Notes: generated by a model not told the origin, from the letters alone. 64,000 nucleotides of DNA from Candidatus Chisholmbacteria bacterium (GCA_963704905.1 CAVPHZ010000002.1:75011-139010); one strand, 5' to 3'; positions 38,485 to 48,573 are shown, counted from the stretch's first letter. Program-made: numbers and translations.

Positions 38485-39734
38485 GCGTCACAGCAGTCAT
38501 TCTCGCGGCAGGGGAGGGAAAACGTTTTTTCCCGCTTGTGACGAGCAAACCACTTTTTCCATTTTTAAGTGTTCCCATCCTCAAACATACTCTGGATGCA
38601 TTAGACAAATCAGGCTTTAAGAAGATTGTAATCGTAACCAATCCTCAGGATGCAACTGAAGTAAAAAACCTGTCCCAAAAGCAAAGCAATATCAAATATG
38701 CAATTCAGAAATCTCCGACCGGAATGTCCGACGCTATTCTGTCAGCGCAAGTGTATTTGAAAGGCTCCTCAATCTTTATTCTCAACGCCCAAGATGTTGT
38801 TGATCAGCATCTGTTTGACCTCGCCTTCAAAGCGACAAACAAACAGAAAAACTTCATCATTGCTAAAAAGCAAAAAGAATATTTCGATGGTGGTTACCTA
38901 AGGGTTAAAAATAATAGGCTTCTAGAGATAATTGAAAAACCAGGTGAAAATAATCAGCCAAGTGATTTTATCAACCTTGTTTTTCATTTCTTTTCCCACC
39001 CAGATGAGTTTCTCAATCAGTTAAAACAAACAAAAAGTTCATCGGATGATGTCTACGAACGTGCATTTTCTTCATTTGCAAAAAAAGAGAATGTTGAAGT
39101 CATACCATACGAGGGATTTTGGCAGACCGTGAAATATTCTTGGCAAATTTTAAATATGACTGATGTAATGCTACAACATTTCCTTAAACCACAGAATAAC
39201 GCAACATTTATTGCCAAGTCGGCCCGGGTTGATCAAAATGTATATCTAGGAAAAGGAGTAAAAGTACTTGAAAATGTCGTCATCAAAGGTCCCAGTTACA
39301 TTGGTGATAACACACTCATCGGCACGAATACACTAGTCATTAACTCAATGATTGGCCAGCAAAGTGTCATCGGATATGGAAGTGAGGTTAGTAGAAGTTA
39401 CCTAGGCGACAATTGTTGGATCCACACAAACTATATCGGAGATTCTGTTTTGGAGGGTGGGAACTACTTCGGTGCAGGTGCCGTTACGGCCAACTTCCGT
39501 TTTGATGCTGGTCATATAAAGACTCATTTCAAAGGGGAGCGAATCAATACTCAGAGAAACAAATTTGGTGCAATTATTGCCAAAGATGCTCGCGTGGGGG
39601 TAAATGCGAGTATCATGCCCGGAGTAAAAATTGGTGGTAAAAGCACAGTCGGTCCAGGTGTGGTCCTGCTCCAGGATGTACCAGCACAAACTCGCACGTT
39701 TGTGAGTCAACAGCTTCAAGAACGGAAAGGATAA
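38481..39734 (+). CDS. GlmU-like bifunctional protein: sugar-1-P nucleotidyltransferase domain plus C-terminal hexapeptide acetyltransferase domain
   Basis: ILAAGEGKRF nucleotidyltransferase start. The C-terminal LbH region GAGAVTANFRFDAGHIKTHFKGERINTQRNKFGAIIAKDARVG resembles the GlmU acetyltransferase domain. The ATG overlaps the murE stop as ATGA. The ORF track begins earlier at 38397. Confidence 0.55.
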   Translation: MSVTAVILAAGEGKRFFPLVTSKPLFPFLSVPILKHTLDALDKSGFKKIVIVTNPQDATEVKNLSQKQSNIKYAIQKSPTGMSDAILSAQVYLKGSSIFILNAQDVVDQHLFDLAFKATNKQKNFIIAKKQKEYFDGGYLRVKNNRLLEIIEKPGENNQPSDFINLVFHFFSHPDEFLNQLKQTKSSSDDVYERAFSSFAKKENVEVIPYEGFWQTVKYSWQILNMTDVMLQHFLKPQNNATFIAKSARVDQNVYLGKGVKVLENVVIKGPSYIGDNTLIGTNTLVINSMIGQQSVIGYGSEVSRSYLGDNCWIHTNYIGDSVLEGGNYFGAGAVTANFRFDAGHIKTHFKGERINTQRNKFGAIIAKDARVGVNASIMPGVKIGGKSTVGPGVVLLQDVPAQTRTFVSQQLQERKG

Positions 39735-39741
39735 AACCAGA

Positions 39742-40488
39742 ATGAACTCAGTTGCGGCCATAATTCTCGCTGCCGGAAAAGGATCTCGGATAAATGCCCA
39801 GAACACGAATAAAGTACTCCTGACACTCGCTGGTAAACCAATGATTGGCTATACCGTTGACATACTAAACAAACTAAACATTTCAACCATCATTGTTGTT
39901 GTCGGGCATCAAAAACAACAAGTAAAAAAGTATTTAGGAAACAAAGTTGAGTATATGACTCAGAAACGTCAACTGGGAACCGGACACGCGGTAATGCAGG
40001 CAATGAAAGCTCTTCCTGAAAGTTGCAGTGAAGTGATAGTACTCTATGGTGATCATTCTTCGTTTTACACTCCTGACATGTTAAAAAACATCATTCGAAG
40101 TCACAAACAAAACAAGGCTGACATGACGTTTGTCACCGTGAGAAAAAAAGATCCAGCTGGATACGGTCGAATCCTACGCGACGATAAAGGCAATCTTCTT
40201 GGTATTCGTGAGCACAAAAACGCCTCTCCCGCGGAAAGGAAAATAAAGGAAATCAATGCCGGAGCCTATTGTTATTCACTCCCCTTTCTCAATACCTATT
40301 TGACAGAGATTAAGAAGGACCCAATCAAAGGAGAGTACTACCTTACTGATCTTCTTTCAATTGCTCTACTGAATAATTGCAGAGTAAATCCGTATCTCAT
40401 CAACGACGAGCTGATATCAGTTGGTGTAAATACTCTCCAAGAACTCGCACTTGCAGATACAATTATGAAAAAAAGGTTACCTCAATGA
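39742..40488 (+). CDS. UDP-GlcNAc pyrophosphorylase-like nucleotidyltransferase (GlmU N-terminal domain only)
   Basis: AAIILAAGKGSRINAQNTNKVLLTLAGKPM...QLGTGHAVMQAM...LYGDHS...DPAGYGRI...NAGAYCY...GEYYLTDL is colinear with the E. coli GlmU uridyltransferase domain. 248 aa with no LbH domain. Confidence 0.65.
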   Translation: MNSVAAIILAAGKGSRINAQNTNKVLLTLAGKPMIGYTVDILNKLNISTIIVVVGHQKQQVKKYLGNKVEYMTQKRQLGTGHAVMQAMKALPESCSEVIVLYGDHSSFYTPDMLKNIIRSHKQNKADMTFVTVRKKDPAGYGRILRDDKGNLLGIREHKNASPAERKIKEINAGAYCYSLPFLNTYLTEIKKDPIKGEYYLTDLLSIALLNNCRVNPYLINDELISVGVNTLQELALADTIMKKRLPQ

Positions 40489-41195
40489 GGTCTCTTTCAA
40501 AATCACCGAATCTTTCTATATTAGTTACCCAGGTTCCAGATGGCAATCTTGACTCACGGTTCGGTCCGGTAGATGAAGTCAAGAAAAAGTTAGACGCGAT
40601 CTCTAAAAAACATAATTTAAAGTCGAGCAACATCGTCCAAATGGAACAAGTTCACAATACAATTATCAAACCTGTCGGAAAAATCCAAAAAGGACAAACC
40701 ATTCGAAACACCGATGGGCTAATGACAGCCGATCCAGAGATTGTGCTGATGCTCCGTCTTGCTGATTGTGTTCCGGTTTGCATTTTTGACATCGAAAACA
40801 ACGCTATTGCTCTTGTTCACTCTGGGTGGAGAGGGACAATTGGAAAAATTACTCTGATCGCAATTCAGCACATGATGTCAGAATTCAATACTGATCCCAA
40901 AATGCTAAAAATTATCCTAGGACCATCAATTCAATCTTGCTGCAATGTATCCTCAACTCCGATTCAACTTCATTTGCCTGAATGGTCAGACTGCATTAAA
41001 GCAGAAAGAGACGCTTATGGTATCAATTTACAACGGTTTATAGTTAAAACTGCTCATCAAGCAGGTGTGTTGTCAAAGGACATTCAAGTAGATCAGACCT
41101 GCACAGTAATGGATCGTAATTATTTTTCACACCAACGATCAAAACAAACGGGAGAAAAAGAAGGTCGATTTGCTGTACTCATGAGCTTGAAATAA
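40485..41195 (+). CDS. pgeF: Peptidoglycan editing factor PgeF / YfiH (DUF152, laccase-domain) family
   Basis: DGLMTADPEIVLMLRLADCVPVCIFD...ALVHSGWRGT and a C-terminal HQRS..G match the YfiH family. ATGA overlap with the upstream gene. Confidence 0.65.
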   Translation: MRSLSKSPNLSILVTQVPDGNLDSRFGPVDEVKKKLDAISKKHNLKSSNIVQMEQVHNTIIKPVGKIQKGQTIRNTDGLMTADPEIVLMLRLADCVPVCIFDIENNAIALVHSGWRGTIGKITLIAIQHMMSEFNTDPKMLKIILGPSIQSCCNVSSTPIQLHLPEWSDCIKAERDAYGINLQRFIVKTAHQAGVLSKDIQVDQTCTVMDRNYFSHQRSKQTGEKEGRFAVLMSLK

Positions 41196-41263
41196 ATCGT
41201 TATATAAACTTCACGTCCGCCTGCAATTAGAGGGATCGTGAGCGAGAATGAACATTCGAAGAT

Positions 41264-42670
41264 ATGCAGCTAAATAAAGCTAAAAACATCCACTTTTCCG
41301 GTATAAAAGGTGTAGGAATGACAGCGCTAGCGCTCTACGCTCAAGATCTGGGCATTCATGTTACTGGTTCAGATGTAAAAGATGAGTTTGTTACCCAAGA
41401 TATATTGAATAGAAGAAAAATCTCCATAACGACCAGTTTTTCACAGCGAAACGTTCCCAAAGATACGGACGCACTGATATTTTCAGCGGCTCGACCAAAG
41501 AACCCTCAAGTAAAATTAGCCAAAGCGAACAATATTCCAACACTAAGTTATGCTCAAGCTTTAGCAAATATGATTAGCGGTAAGCAAGCCATTGCAGTTT
41601 GCGGAGTAGGTGGGAAGACAACAACCGCAGCCATGACGGCAGCCATCTTATCCGAGTGCGGTTTTGAGCCTAGTTTTGTGATTGGTGTTGGAAATGTAAC
41701 GTCTTTGGGGGTTCCTGGAAAAGCAGGAAAAGGGAAACATGTTGTTGTAGAGGCCGATGATTACGCATCTGTGCCGCAAATTGATCAACAACCAAAATTT
41801 CTTTATCTTTCACCAAATGTAATTGTTGTTACCAATATCGAGCACGACCATCCAGATATTTACAAAAACCTCGATCAAATGATTCAGGTGTTCGTTAAGT
41901 TTTTTTTAAAACTGCCTCAGGATGGAACACTTATCGCAAATAGCGATAATCAAAATGTGCTTCAAGCTATTTCGCTGTTTCAAAGACAAAGATCAACAGC
42001 GAAGGTTATTTCCTACGGAACTGGACAACATGCTGATTGGAAAATTTCAAATGTCAGGATGATTAATCAGCGAACAACCTTTTCCCTAACAACTGGTACG
42101 CTGAGAAAAAACGTCGCCTTAAACGTACCAGGAGATCTCAATGCGCAAAACGCTTGCGCTGCACTCATAGCTAGCTCAGTGGTAGGAGTTCCTGTAAACT
42201 GTTCTCTCTCTGCACTTCAAACATTTTCTGGTACCAAGCGGCGTTTTGAAAAAGTAGCGATAAAGGATGGGATAGAAGTCTGGGATGACTATGCTCATCA
42301 TCCCATTGAAATTATCGCGACACTCAAAGCGGCAAAAAAGTGGTTCCCGTCCAAGAGAATTATTGCGGTTTTTCAACCTCACACCTACTCGAGAACCAAA
42401 ACGCTACTTGATGGTTTCTCCAAGTCTTTCAGTAGAGCTGATCTAGTTATCATCACCGACATCTATAGCTCGGCTAGAGAAAAGAAAGACAGTAGTATTT
42501 CAGCTTCAATGCTTGTCAAACAAACTAGTTGTTATCATGAAAATGTGAAGTATATTCCCAAACCAAGCATGTTAAAATACCTACGCAAAATCACTAAAAG
42601 AGGGGATCTGATTCTCACACTTGGAGCTGGAGATATCTACAAAATAGCGGAATTATTTGCCAAAGAATGA
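41264..42670 (+). CDS. murC: UDP-N-acetylmuramate--L-alanine ligase MurC
   Basis: HFSGIKGVGMTALALYAQDLGIHVTGSD MurC N-terminus, GVGGKTTTAAM P-loop, and a Mur ligase C-terminal domain. Confidence 0.8.
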   Translation: MQLNKAKNIHFSGIKGVGMTALALYAQDLGIHVTGSDVKDEFVTQDILNRRKISITTSFSQRNVPKDTDALIFSAARPKNPQVKLAKANNIPTLSYAQALANMISGKQAIAVCGVGGKTTTAAMTAAILSECGFEPSFVIGVGNVTSLGVPGKAGKGKHVVVEADDYASVPQIDQQPKFLYLSPNVIVVTNIEHDHPDIYKNLDQMIQVFVKFFLKLPQDGTLIANSDNQNVLQAISLFQRQRSTAKVISYGTGQHADWKISNVRMINQRTTFSLTTGTLRKNVALNVPGDLNAQNACAALIASSVVGVPVNCSLSALQTFSGTKRRFEKVAIKDGIEVWDDYAHHPIEIIATLKAAKKWFPSKRIIAVFQPHTYSRTKTLLDGFSKSFSRADLVIITDIYSSAREKKDSSISASMLVKQTSCYHENVKYIPKPSMLKYLRKITKRGDLILTLGAGDIYKIAELFAKE

Positions 42671-43647
42671 AAAATAATTTCAATACGATCATTGAAAAAT
42701 TGGGAAATAAACGGGTTCTCCGCAATGAACCACTTTCCCGCCATACATACATGAAAGTCGGCGGACCAGCCGATCTTTTTTTCGTAGCCCACAATGCCGA
42801 CGATATCATGCTTGCAACTCAATATGCCATCGAGCAACATATTCCGTACTTCATACTTGGAGGGGGATCAAACATTTTAGTTGGTGATAAAGGAATTCGA
42901 GGATTAGTAATAAAAAATCGTGCAGATACTATCAAAATCATAAAGCGAAAGGGGAAAATCAAGGAAAACAGAGTTGATCTTAAGACGGCTCATGTCGTGG
43001 TGGAGAGTGGTGTGATTACCAATTTATTAGTGCGAAGAACGATAGATGAAAGTTTGGCTGGACTAGAGTATTTTCTTGGTGTCCCTGGAACGATAGGCGG
43101 AGCCATTTACAACAATTCACATTTTAAAACAGAGCTCATTGGTAATTATGTTGAATGCGTGGAGGTTATTGGTCATACTGGAAAGAGAAAAGTATATTCA
43201 AAGAGTCAAATGAAGTTTCAATACGATTCTTCAGTACTTCAAAAAACTCATGAAGCAATTCTTTCAGTAACATTTCTTTTAAAAGGTGGAGACAAAAAAA
43301 TACTCTGGAAAAAAGCTGAAGAATATGCCCGGTACCGATCTGACTCCCAACCGCTCAACTTTCCCAGCTCTGGATGTATGTTTAAAAATGTGGATACTTA
43401 CAAGGGAAAATACGGACAAGATAGAGATGGCTTAACCTCTGCTGGGTATTTAATCGACAAAGCAGGTCTCAAGGGAACCCGGGTCGGTAAAGCAGAAGTA
43501 AGTCAAAAACACGCCAGCTTCATCATCAATCGTGGCGGGGCAACAGCCAGAGAAGTTGCTAATCTCATTGAACTTGTTCAAGCGAAAGTAAAAGACAAGC
43601 ATGGAGTTCAATTAGAAATGGAAGTCTTTAAAGTAGGAGAATTTTAA
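42667..43647 (+). CDS. murB: UDP-N-acetylenolpyruvoylglucosamine reductase MurB
   Basis: FAD-binding PCMH-type N-terminus (HTYMKVGGPADLFFVAHNADD...ILGGGSNILVGD) and the C-terminal MurB domain (SGCMFKN...SQKHASFIIN). Confidence 0.8.
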   Translation: MKNNFNTIIEKLGNKRVLRNEPLSRHTYMKVGGPADLFFVAHNADDIMLATQYAIEQHIPYFILGGGSNILVGDKGIRGLVIKNRADTIKIIKRKGKIKENRVDLKTAHVVVESGVITNLLVRRTIDESLAGLEYFLGVPGTIGGAIYNNSHFKTELIGNYVECVEVIGHTGKRKVYSKSQMKFQYDSSVLQKTHEAILSVTFLLKGGDKKILWKKAEEYARYRSDSQPLNFPSSGCMFKNVDTYKGKYGQDRDGLTSAGYLIDKAGLKGTRVGKAEVSQKHASFIINRGGATAREVANLIELVQAKVKDKHGVQLEMEVFKVGEF

Positions 43648-43657
43648 AGGGAGAAGT

Positions 43658-44977
43658 ATGGAGAAGTTCATTATCACTGGAGGAAAGAAATTATCCGGAT
43701 CGATTCGATTAGGTGGAGCCAAAAATGCGAGCTTCAAGCTCATGATAGCAAGTCTTCTTGCCAGTGGGGAATCTCGACTTCTAAATTCACCCCATATCAA
43801 CGATGTTGAGGTGACCAGGAACATCATTACCCAACTTGGAGGAATTATAAAGGGTTCCGGGGAAAGAATGCTCTGCATAGACACAGCTCCTCTGAAGTCT
43901 CATATCATCCCAGCTCATTTTGGCAAACTGTCCCGCGCATCAACCATGTTCGCCGGACCTCTTCTTGCCCGTTTCGGAAAAGCTACACTCCCTTTGCCCG
44001 GAGGAGATAAAATTGGTGCCCGTCCACTGGAACGCCACTTTGAAGGCCTCATTTCTATGGGTGTAAAAGTACAACAACAAGGAGCAACTGTTCAAATGAC
44101 GGCACAAAAGCTGAAAGCGACGACCTACGCGTTTAAAAAAAACACCCACACAGGCACTGAGACGTTAATTTTGGCTGCAGTACTTGCAGAAGGAAGGTCT
44201 ATGTTAGAAAATGCCGCACTCGAACCAGAGATCGATGATCTGATTTCTATGTTGAACAGCATGGGAGCAAAAATTCGAAGGAAATTGGATCGAAAAATTG
44301 AAATTATCGGAGTCAAAAAACTCTCTCCAACGATTCACAAAATCATGCCGGATCGGAATGAGGCTGTTTCATACGCATGTGCAGCGCTTGCTACCAGAGG
44401 AGATGTGATCGTCGAAAACGCACAAAAAGATCATCTAGAAGCATTTTTAGAAAAGCTTGAAGAAGTTGGAGGAGGATTCGAAGTCGGTAATTTTGGCATT
44501 CGTTTTTACTACAAAGGAAAGTTGACTGCAACTGATGTCATTACTCAACCTCATCCGGGATTTATGACCGACTGGCAACCACTTTGGGCAGTTCTCATGA
44601 CGCAGGCTGAGGGCACCTCAATAATCCATGAAGCCGTACACAACAACCGATTTCAATATGTAAAAGACTTAAATAGTATGTGTATAAAAAAAATATCGCT
44701 TTACAATCCAAAAGTGAAAAATCCTGAAAGTTACTACAACTTCAACATTCAAGATGATAATAAAGATTATTATCATGCAATAAAAATTCGCGGAAAGTCA
44801 AAACTGTGTGCGTCAATCTTAAAAGTACATGATCTAAGAGCTGGAGCTACGCTGGTTCTGGCATCACTCATAGCTAATGGACAAAGTGTCATTCATGGTG
44901 TCGATCACATCGATAGGGGTTACGAAAACCTTGATGGACGGCTTATTGATCTTGGTGCTAAAATTAAGAGAGCATAG
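43658..44977 (+). CDS. murA: UDP-N-acetylglucosamine 1-carboxyvinyltransferase MurA
   Basis: GGKKLSGSIRLGGAKNASFKLMIASLLASGESRL MurA N-terminus and the catalytic-loop region (..PGGDKIGARP..); 439 aa. Confidence 0.85.
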   Translation: MEKFIITGGKKLSGSIRLGGAKNASFKLMIASLLASGESRLLNSPHINDVEVTRNIITQLGGIIKGSGERMLCIDTAPLKSHIIPAHFGKLSRASTMFAGPLLARFGKATLPLPGGDKIGARPLERHFEGLISMGVKVQQQGATVQMTAQKLKATTYAFKKNTHTGTETLILAAVLAEGRSMLENAALEPEIDDLISMLNSMGAKIRRKLDRKIEIIGVKKLSPTIHKIMPDRNEAVSYACAALATRGDVIVENAQKDHLEAFLEKLEEVGGGFEVGNFGIRFYYKGKLTATDVITQPHPGFMTDWQPLWAVLMTQAEGTSIIHEAVHNNRFQYVKDLNSMCIKKISLYNPKVKNPESYYNFNIQDDNKDYYHAIKIRGKSKLCASILKVHDLRAGATLVLASLIANGQSVIHGVDHIDRGYENLDGRLIDLGAKIKRA

Positions 44978-45004
44978 CAAAGGAGGTGTTGAAGAAAAAA
45001 CAGG

Positions 45005-45200
45005 ATAGAGCGTGTGGTCCAGCCACAATAGAGATGTGGCTGGAAGACGAGGATGAGGGATACCAATTTCTTGGTGATCGGACCTCCCATGTTATATGGG
45101 AGAGTATCTACGGAGACCCTCTGGGTGAGCGAACATCCACAAGAGAATACATCAACATCAAAAAGAAATTATTGAGACAAAGTGTATTCCCAATTCGTTT
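45005..45200 (+). ncRNA. glmS ribozyme: glmS ribozyme (GlcN6P-responsive self-cleaving riboswitch) in the glmS leader
   Basis: UAGAGCG...GACGAGGAUGAGGGAUACCAAUUUCUUGGUGAUCGGACCUCCC aligns closely with the Bacillus glmS ribozyme core as I recall it (AGCGCC...GACGAGGAUGGAGGUUAUCGAAUUUUCGGCGGAUGCCUCCC). P3/P4-like downstream sequence is present (..GAGAAUACAUCAACAUC..). It lies 90 nt upstream of glmS. The 78-aa ORF at 44986-45222 in the supplied track is therefore probably spurious. Confidence 0.75.
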
Positions 45201-45290
45201 AGGTCAACTTCGGCCGATATGATTTTCATGAAATAAATATAGTAAAGTCACGACATCATCGTGGCTAAACTTGCCCGCAGGAGGTTGAAA

Positions 45291-47066
45291 ATGTGTGGAA
45301 TATTTGCTTATACAGGTATCGATATCAATGGTGCTCAAATAGTGCTTGATGGTCTAAAAAGTCTCGAGTATCGTGGCTACGACTCTTGGGGTATTGCCGT
45401 AATGAATGAAAATAAAGCAAGTTTCAGGATAAAAAAGAAAGTGGGTAAGATTGGAAACGCAACTATCAAGGGATTGCCACTCATGAGTGCATTTGGGTTT
45501 GGACATACACGATGGGCGACCCATGGTGGTGTCACAGTGAACAACGCTCACCCCCTGGCTGATTGCACAGGCAAGGTGGTGGTTATTCATAATGGAATAA
45601 TCGAAAATTACGAAAAAATCAAACAAGAATTAGTAAAAAAGGGTCATCGTTTTACTTCCGAAACCGACACTGAAGTAGCGGTACATCTCATTGAAGAGCT
45701 GAAAAAAAGATACTCATTTCAGGTGTCAGTGCAACGAGCCTTCGAGCGATTCGAGGGGTTAAACGCCTTGATTGTTGCAGATGTGGCCAGTCAAACATTT
45801 ATTGCAGTTCGTAACGGATCACCATTAGTAATCGGTTTTGGAAAAGACAGCAACTTCCTATCTTCTGATGCAGCTGCTCTGCTTCAGCATACTCGGAAAG
45901 TATATTTTCTCCAGGACCACGATTTTGTTGAAGTGACGAAGAGCAACGTAAAAGCAAGGAATTTAAAAACAGGAAGAACATTGCGCATAAAGCCACTCAA
46001 ACTCAATTGGGAGTTCAAGCAGGCAGAAAAAGGACGATTTCATCATTTTATGCTTAAAGAAATCATGGAACAGCCAACAATCTTAGAAAATATCAGCTCT
46101 ACAGGATTATCTGGCGCCAAACAACTTGCAGCTGTAATAAAGAACGCTAGAGAGATACATATTGTTGGTTGTGGGACAGCTGCATACGCAAGTATTGCAG
46201 GATCATATCTATTTTCAAAAATTGCCAAGCAACAGATGAGCTGGGATGTAGGAAGTGAGTTCAACTACAAGCTTGAATTTTTATCACCGAAAAGTTTAGT
46301 CATTGCCTTATCTCAATCAGGAGAAACCATAGATACTCTAGAAGCAGTTAAAAAAGCGAAACAAAAGGGGGTAAAAATCGCTGCTCTTGTAAATGTACTT
46401 GGCTCAACATTGTACCGAGGAGCTGATCTAAAGATACTCATTGGTGCCGGACCAGAGAAAGCTGTAGCCTCAACCAAAGCATTTACCAGTAAAATCGGCC
46501 ATCTTATTCTCACGGCATTTGCACAAAGTGGAAAAGAGCAGGAAGGACAATACATACTACGTAGGGCAGCCAAAGCAAGTAAGACTGTTCTCCGCGGTCA
46601 ATCTATAAAAAACATTAGAAAGCTCGTTCTGAAAATCAAAAATGTAAATCACATCTATGTTATCGGAAGAGGACTTTCATACCCAGCATCACTAGAGACG
46701 GCACTGAAAATAAAAGAGATCAGCTACATCCACGCTGAAGGATTTGCAGCAGGTGAGCTGAAACATGGTGTCATTGCACTCGTTGAAGAAGGGACACCCT
46801 GCATCGTCTTTGCTCCCAATGATGAAACATACGGAGCGAATCTTGCTGGAGCTATGGAGATGAAAGCCAGAGGTGGAATGATCATCGGTATATCTCACAT
46901 ACCGCATAGCGTATTCGATCATTACATACCTGTTCAAGATGCCAAGCAAGCGACAATCATTCCAAATGTTATTGTCGCTCAGTTACTCGCCTATGAACTA
47001 GCACTTGCGCGAGGGTTGGACCCGGACATGCCCCGCAACTTAGCAAAATCGGTGACTGTCAAATAG
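45291..47066 (+). CDS. glmS: Glutamine--fructose-6-phosphate aminotransferase GlmS
   Basis: Begins MCGIFAY (the N-terminal catalytic Cys), followed by two SIS domains; an AGGAGG ribosome-binding site lies 8 nt upstream. The ORF track starts 30 nt earlier at 45261. Confidence 0.9.
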   Translation: MCGIFAYTGIDINGAQIVLDGLKSLEYRGYDSWGIAVMNENKASFRIKKKVGKIGNATIKGLPLMSAFGFGHTRWATHGGVTVNNAHPLADCTGKVVVIHNGIIENYEKIKQELVKKGHRFTSETDTEVAVHLIEELKKRYSFQVSVQRAFERFEGLNALIVADVASQTFIAVRNGSPLVIGFGKDSNFLSSDAAALLQHTRKVYFLQDHDFVEVTKSNVKARNLKTGRTLRIKPLKLNWEFKQAEKGRFHHFMLKEIMEQPTILENISSTGLSGAKQLAAVIKNAREIHIVGCGTAAYASIAGSYLFSKIAKQQMSWDVGSEFNYKLEFLSPKSLVIALSQSGETIDTLEAVKKAKQKGVKIAALVNVLGSTLYRGADLKILIGAGPEKAVASTKAFTSKIGHLILTAFAQSGKEQEGQYILRRAAKASKTVLRGQSIKNIRKLVLKIKNVNHIYVIGRGLSYPASLETALKIKEISYIHAEGFAAGELKHGVIALVEEGTPCIVFAPNDETYGANLAGAMEMKARGGMIIGISHIPHSVFDHYIPVQDAKQATIIPNVIVAQLLAYELALARGLDPDMPRNLAKSVTVK

Positions 47067-47118
47067 TTAGCCTGGAAATGGGATAGAGCGAGAACAAATC
47101 TGCTATACTTGACCGGTC

Positions 47119-47469
47119 ATGAGAAGACATGTAGTTTCATTTGGACTAGCATTTTCCGGGATATGGTATGCGCTCAAAACGCAGCCCAATTTCCGCTTTC
47201 ATTTACTCGCATCAATAGTTGCAATCTTTGCTGGCATCTCTCTGAAGATTAGTCACATAGAGTGGGTAGTCATTGCACTGACAGCGGTACTTGTCATCAC
47301 CTCTGAAATGATCAACACTGCAATCGAATCAATGACTAACCTTATTACAACAGAGCATCGGTTATCAGCTAAGATAGCAAAAGATGTTTCTGCAGGAGTG
47401 GTTCTGGTATCAGCTATTGGATCTCTGATCGTAGCGGCAATAATTTTTCTTCCAAAACTATTCGGATAG
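47119..47469 (+). CDS. dgkA: Diacylglycerol kinase / undecaprenol kinase family protein (DgkA)
   Basis: 116 aa with 3 TM helices and the EMINTAIE motif of prokaryotic DAGK. Confidence 0.65.
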   Translation: MRRHVVSFGLAFSGIWYALKTQPNFRFHLLASIVAIFAGISLKISHIEWVVIALTAVLVITSEMINTAIESMTNLITTEHRLSAKIAKDVSAGVVLVSAIGSLIVAAIIFLPKLFG

Positions 47470-47541
47470 GTGGATGTTCTGTCAGAGAATTGAATATAAT
47501 GGTCACTAGTAAGTTAAAAGCTCATCGTTGGTAATAACAGT

Positions 47542-48573
47542 ATGGCGCTTCTACTCGGATTATTGATATTTTCATTCATCATCACGAGTCTGCTAATAAT
47601 TCCTTTTATAAATATTCTCTATACCTTGAAATTTCAGCGGCAACGCCAAACGACCAGGGATGCATTTGGAAAATTGACACCTATCTTTGATCGTTTTCAT
47701 GGAAATAAAGTCGGTACTCCAGTCGGTGGGGGATTACTCGTAATTATCGTAGTAAGTGTATTATTTTCTATCCTGCTTCCCTTGCTTCAGTATCTCGGAA
47801 TTGAAATCACTCGAGTATATCCACTCCAAGATGAGCTGAATATTATATTCTTTACGTTTATCTCATTTGGACTCTTAGGATTATATGACGATAGTATGAA
47901 GTTTTTTGGGTATAAAAAAAACCAATTCTTTGGACTTCGCCTTCGACATAAGTTCATCATTCAATGGATACTTGCATTCATCATTGCCGCACTTCTGTAC
48001 TTTAATTTATCCATCGATATTTTATATGTACCGTTTTTTGGTGTGATGAAGCTATCATGGGTGTATGTTCCATTCGCAGCATTTACGATTGTCTCCTTCA
48101 CGAATGCGTTTAATATCTCAGATGGACTGGATGGTCTAGCTGGCGGCCTACTCATGATTGCTTTATTTGCATTCTGGGGACTTTCTGCCTCGATTCTAGA
48201 TACGCCACTTTCAGTATTTGTAGCACTATGGTTAGGTTCCCTAATCGCATTTTTATATTTCAACGTTTATCCGGCTCGAATATTTTTAGGCGACGTAGGT
48301 GCATTATCATTTGGAGCAACACTAGCAGTAGTTGGACTACTGCTCGGCAAAATTCTTGCATTAGTAATAATTGGTGGAGTATTCGTTGTCGAAATAACCT
48401 CGAGTTTTATTCAACTTACTTCAAAAAAGGTATTCAAGAAAAAAATATTTGCTGTTGCACCAGCTCATTTATGGCTTCAGAATTTGGGTTGGGAAGAGCC
48501 AAAAATTGTTATGCGAGCTTGGCTTGCGGCAGTCATGTTAGCGGTGTTTGGGACCTGGCTTGCGTTGATTTAA
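47542..48573 (+). CDS. mraY: Phospho-N-acetylmuramoyl-pentapeptide transferase MraY
   Basis: NAFNISDGLDGLAGG, ARIFLGDVGALSFGATLAV and 10 TM helices, in dcw-cluster context. Confidence 0.85.
   Translation: MALLLGLLIFSFIITSLLIIPFINILYTLKFQRQRQTTRDAFGKLTPIFDRFHGNKVGTPVGGGLLVIIVVSVLFSILLPLLQYLGIEITRVYPLQDELNIIFFTFISFGLLGLYDDSMKFFGYKKNQFFGLRLRHKFIIQWILAFIIAALLYFNLSIDILYVPFFGVMKLSWVYVPFAAFTIVSFTNAFNISDGLDGLAGGLLMIALFAFWGLSASILDTPLSVFVALWLGSLIAFLYFNVYPARIFLGDVGALSFGATLAVVGLLLGKILALVIIGGVFVVEITSSFIQLTSKKVFKKKIFAVAPAHLWLQNLGWEEPKIVMRAWLAAVMLAVFGTWLALI

Noticed and set aside
44986-45222. 78-aa ORF (TTG start) in the supplied track
   Set aside because: The nucleotide sequence matches the glmS ribozyme core and sits in the glmS leader, so a protein-coding interpretation is unlikely.
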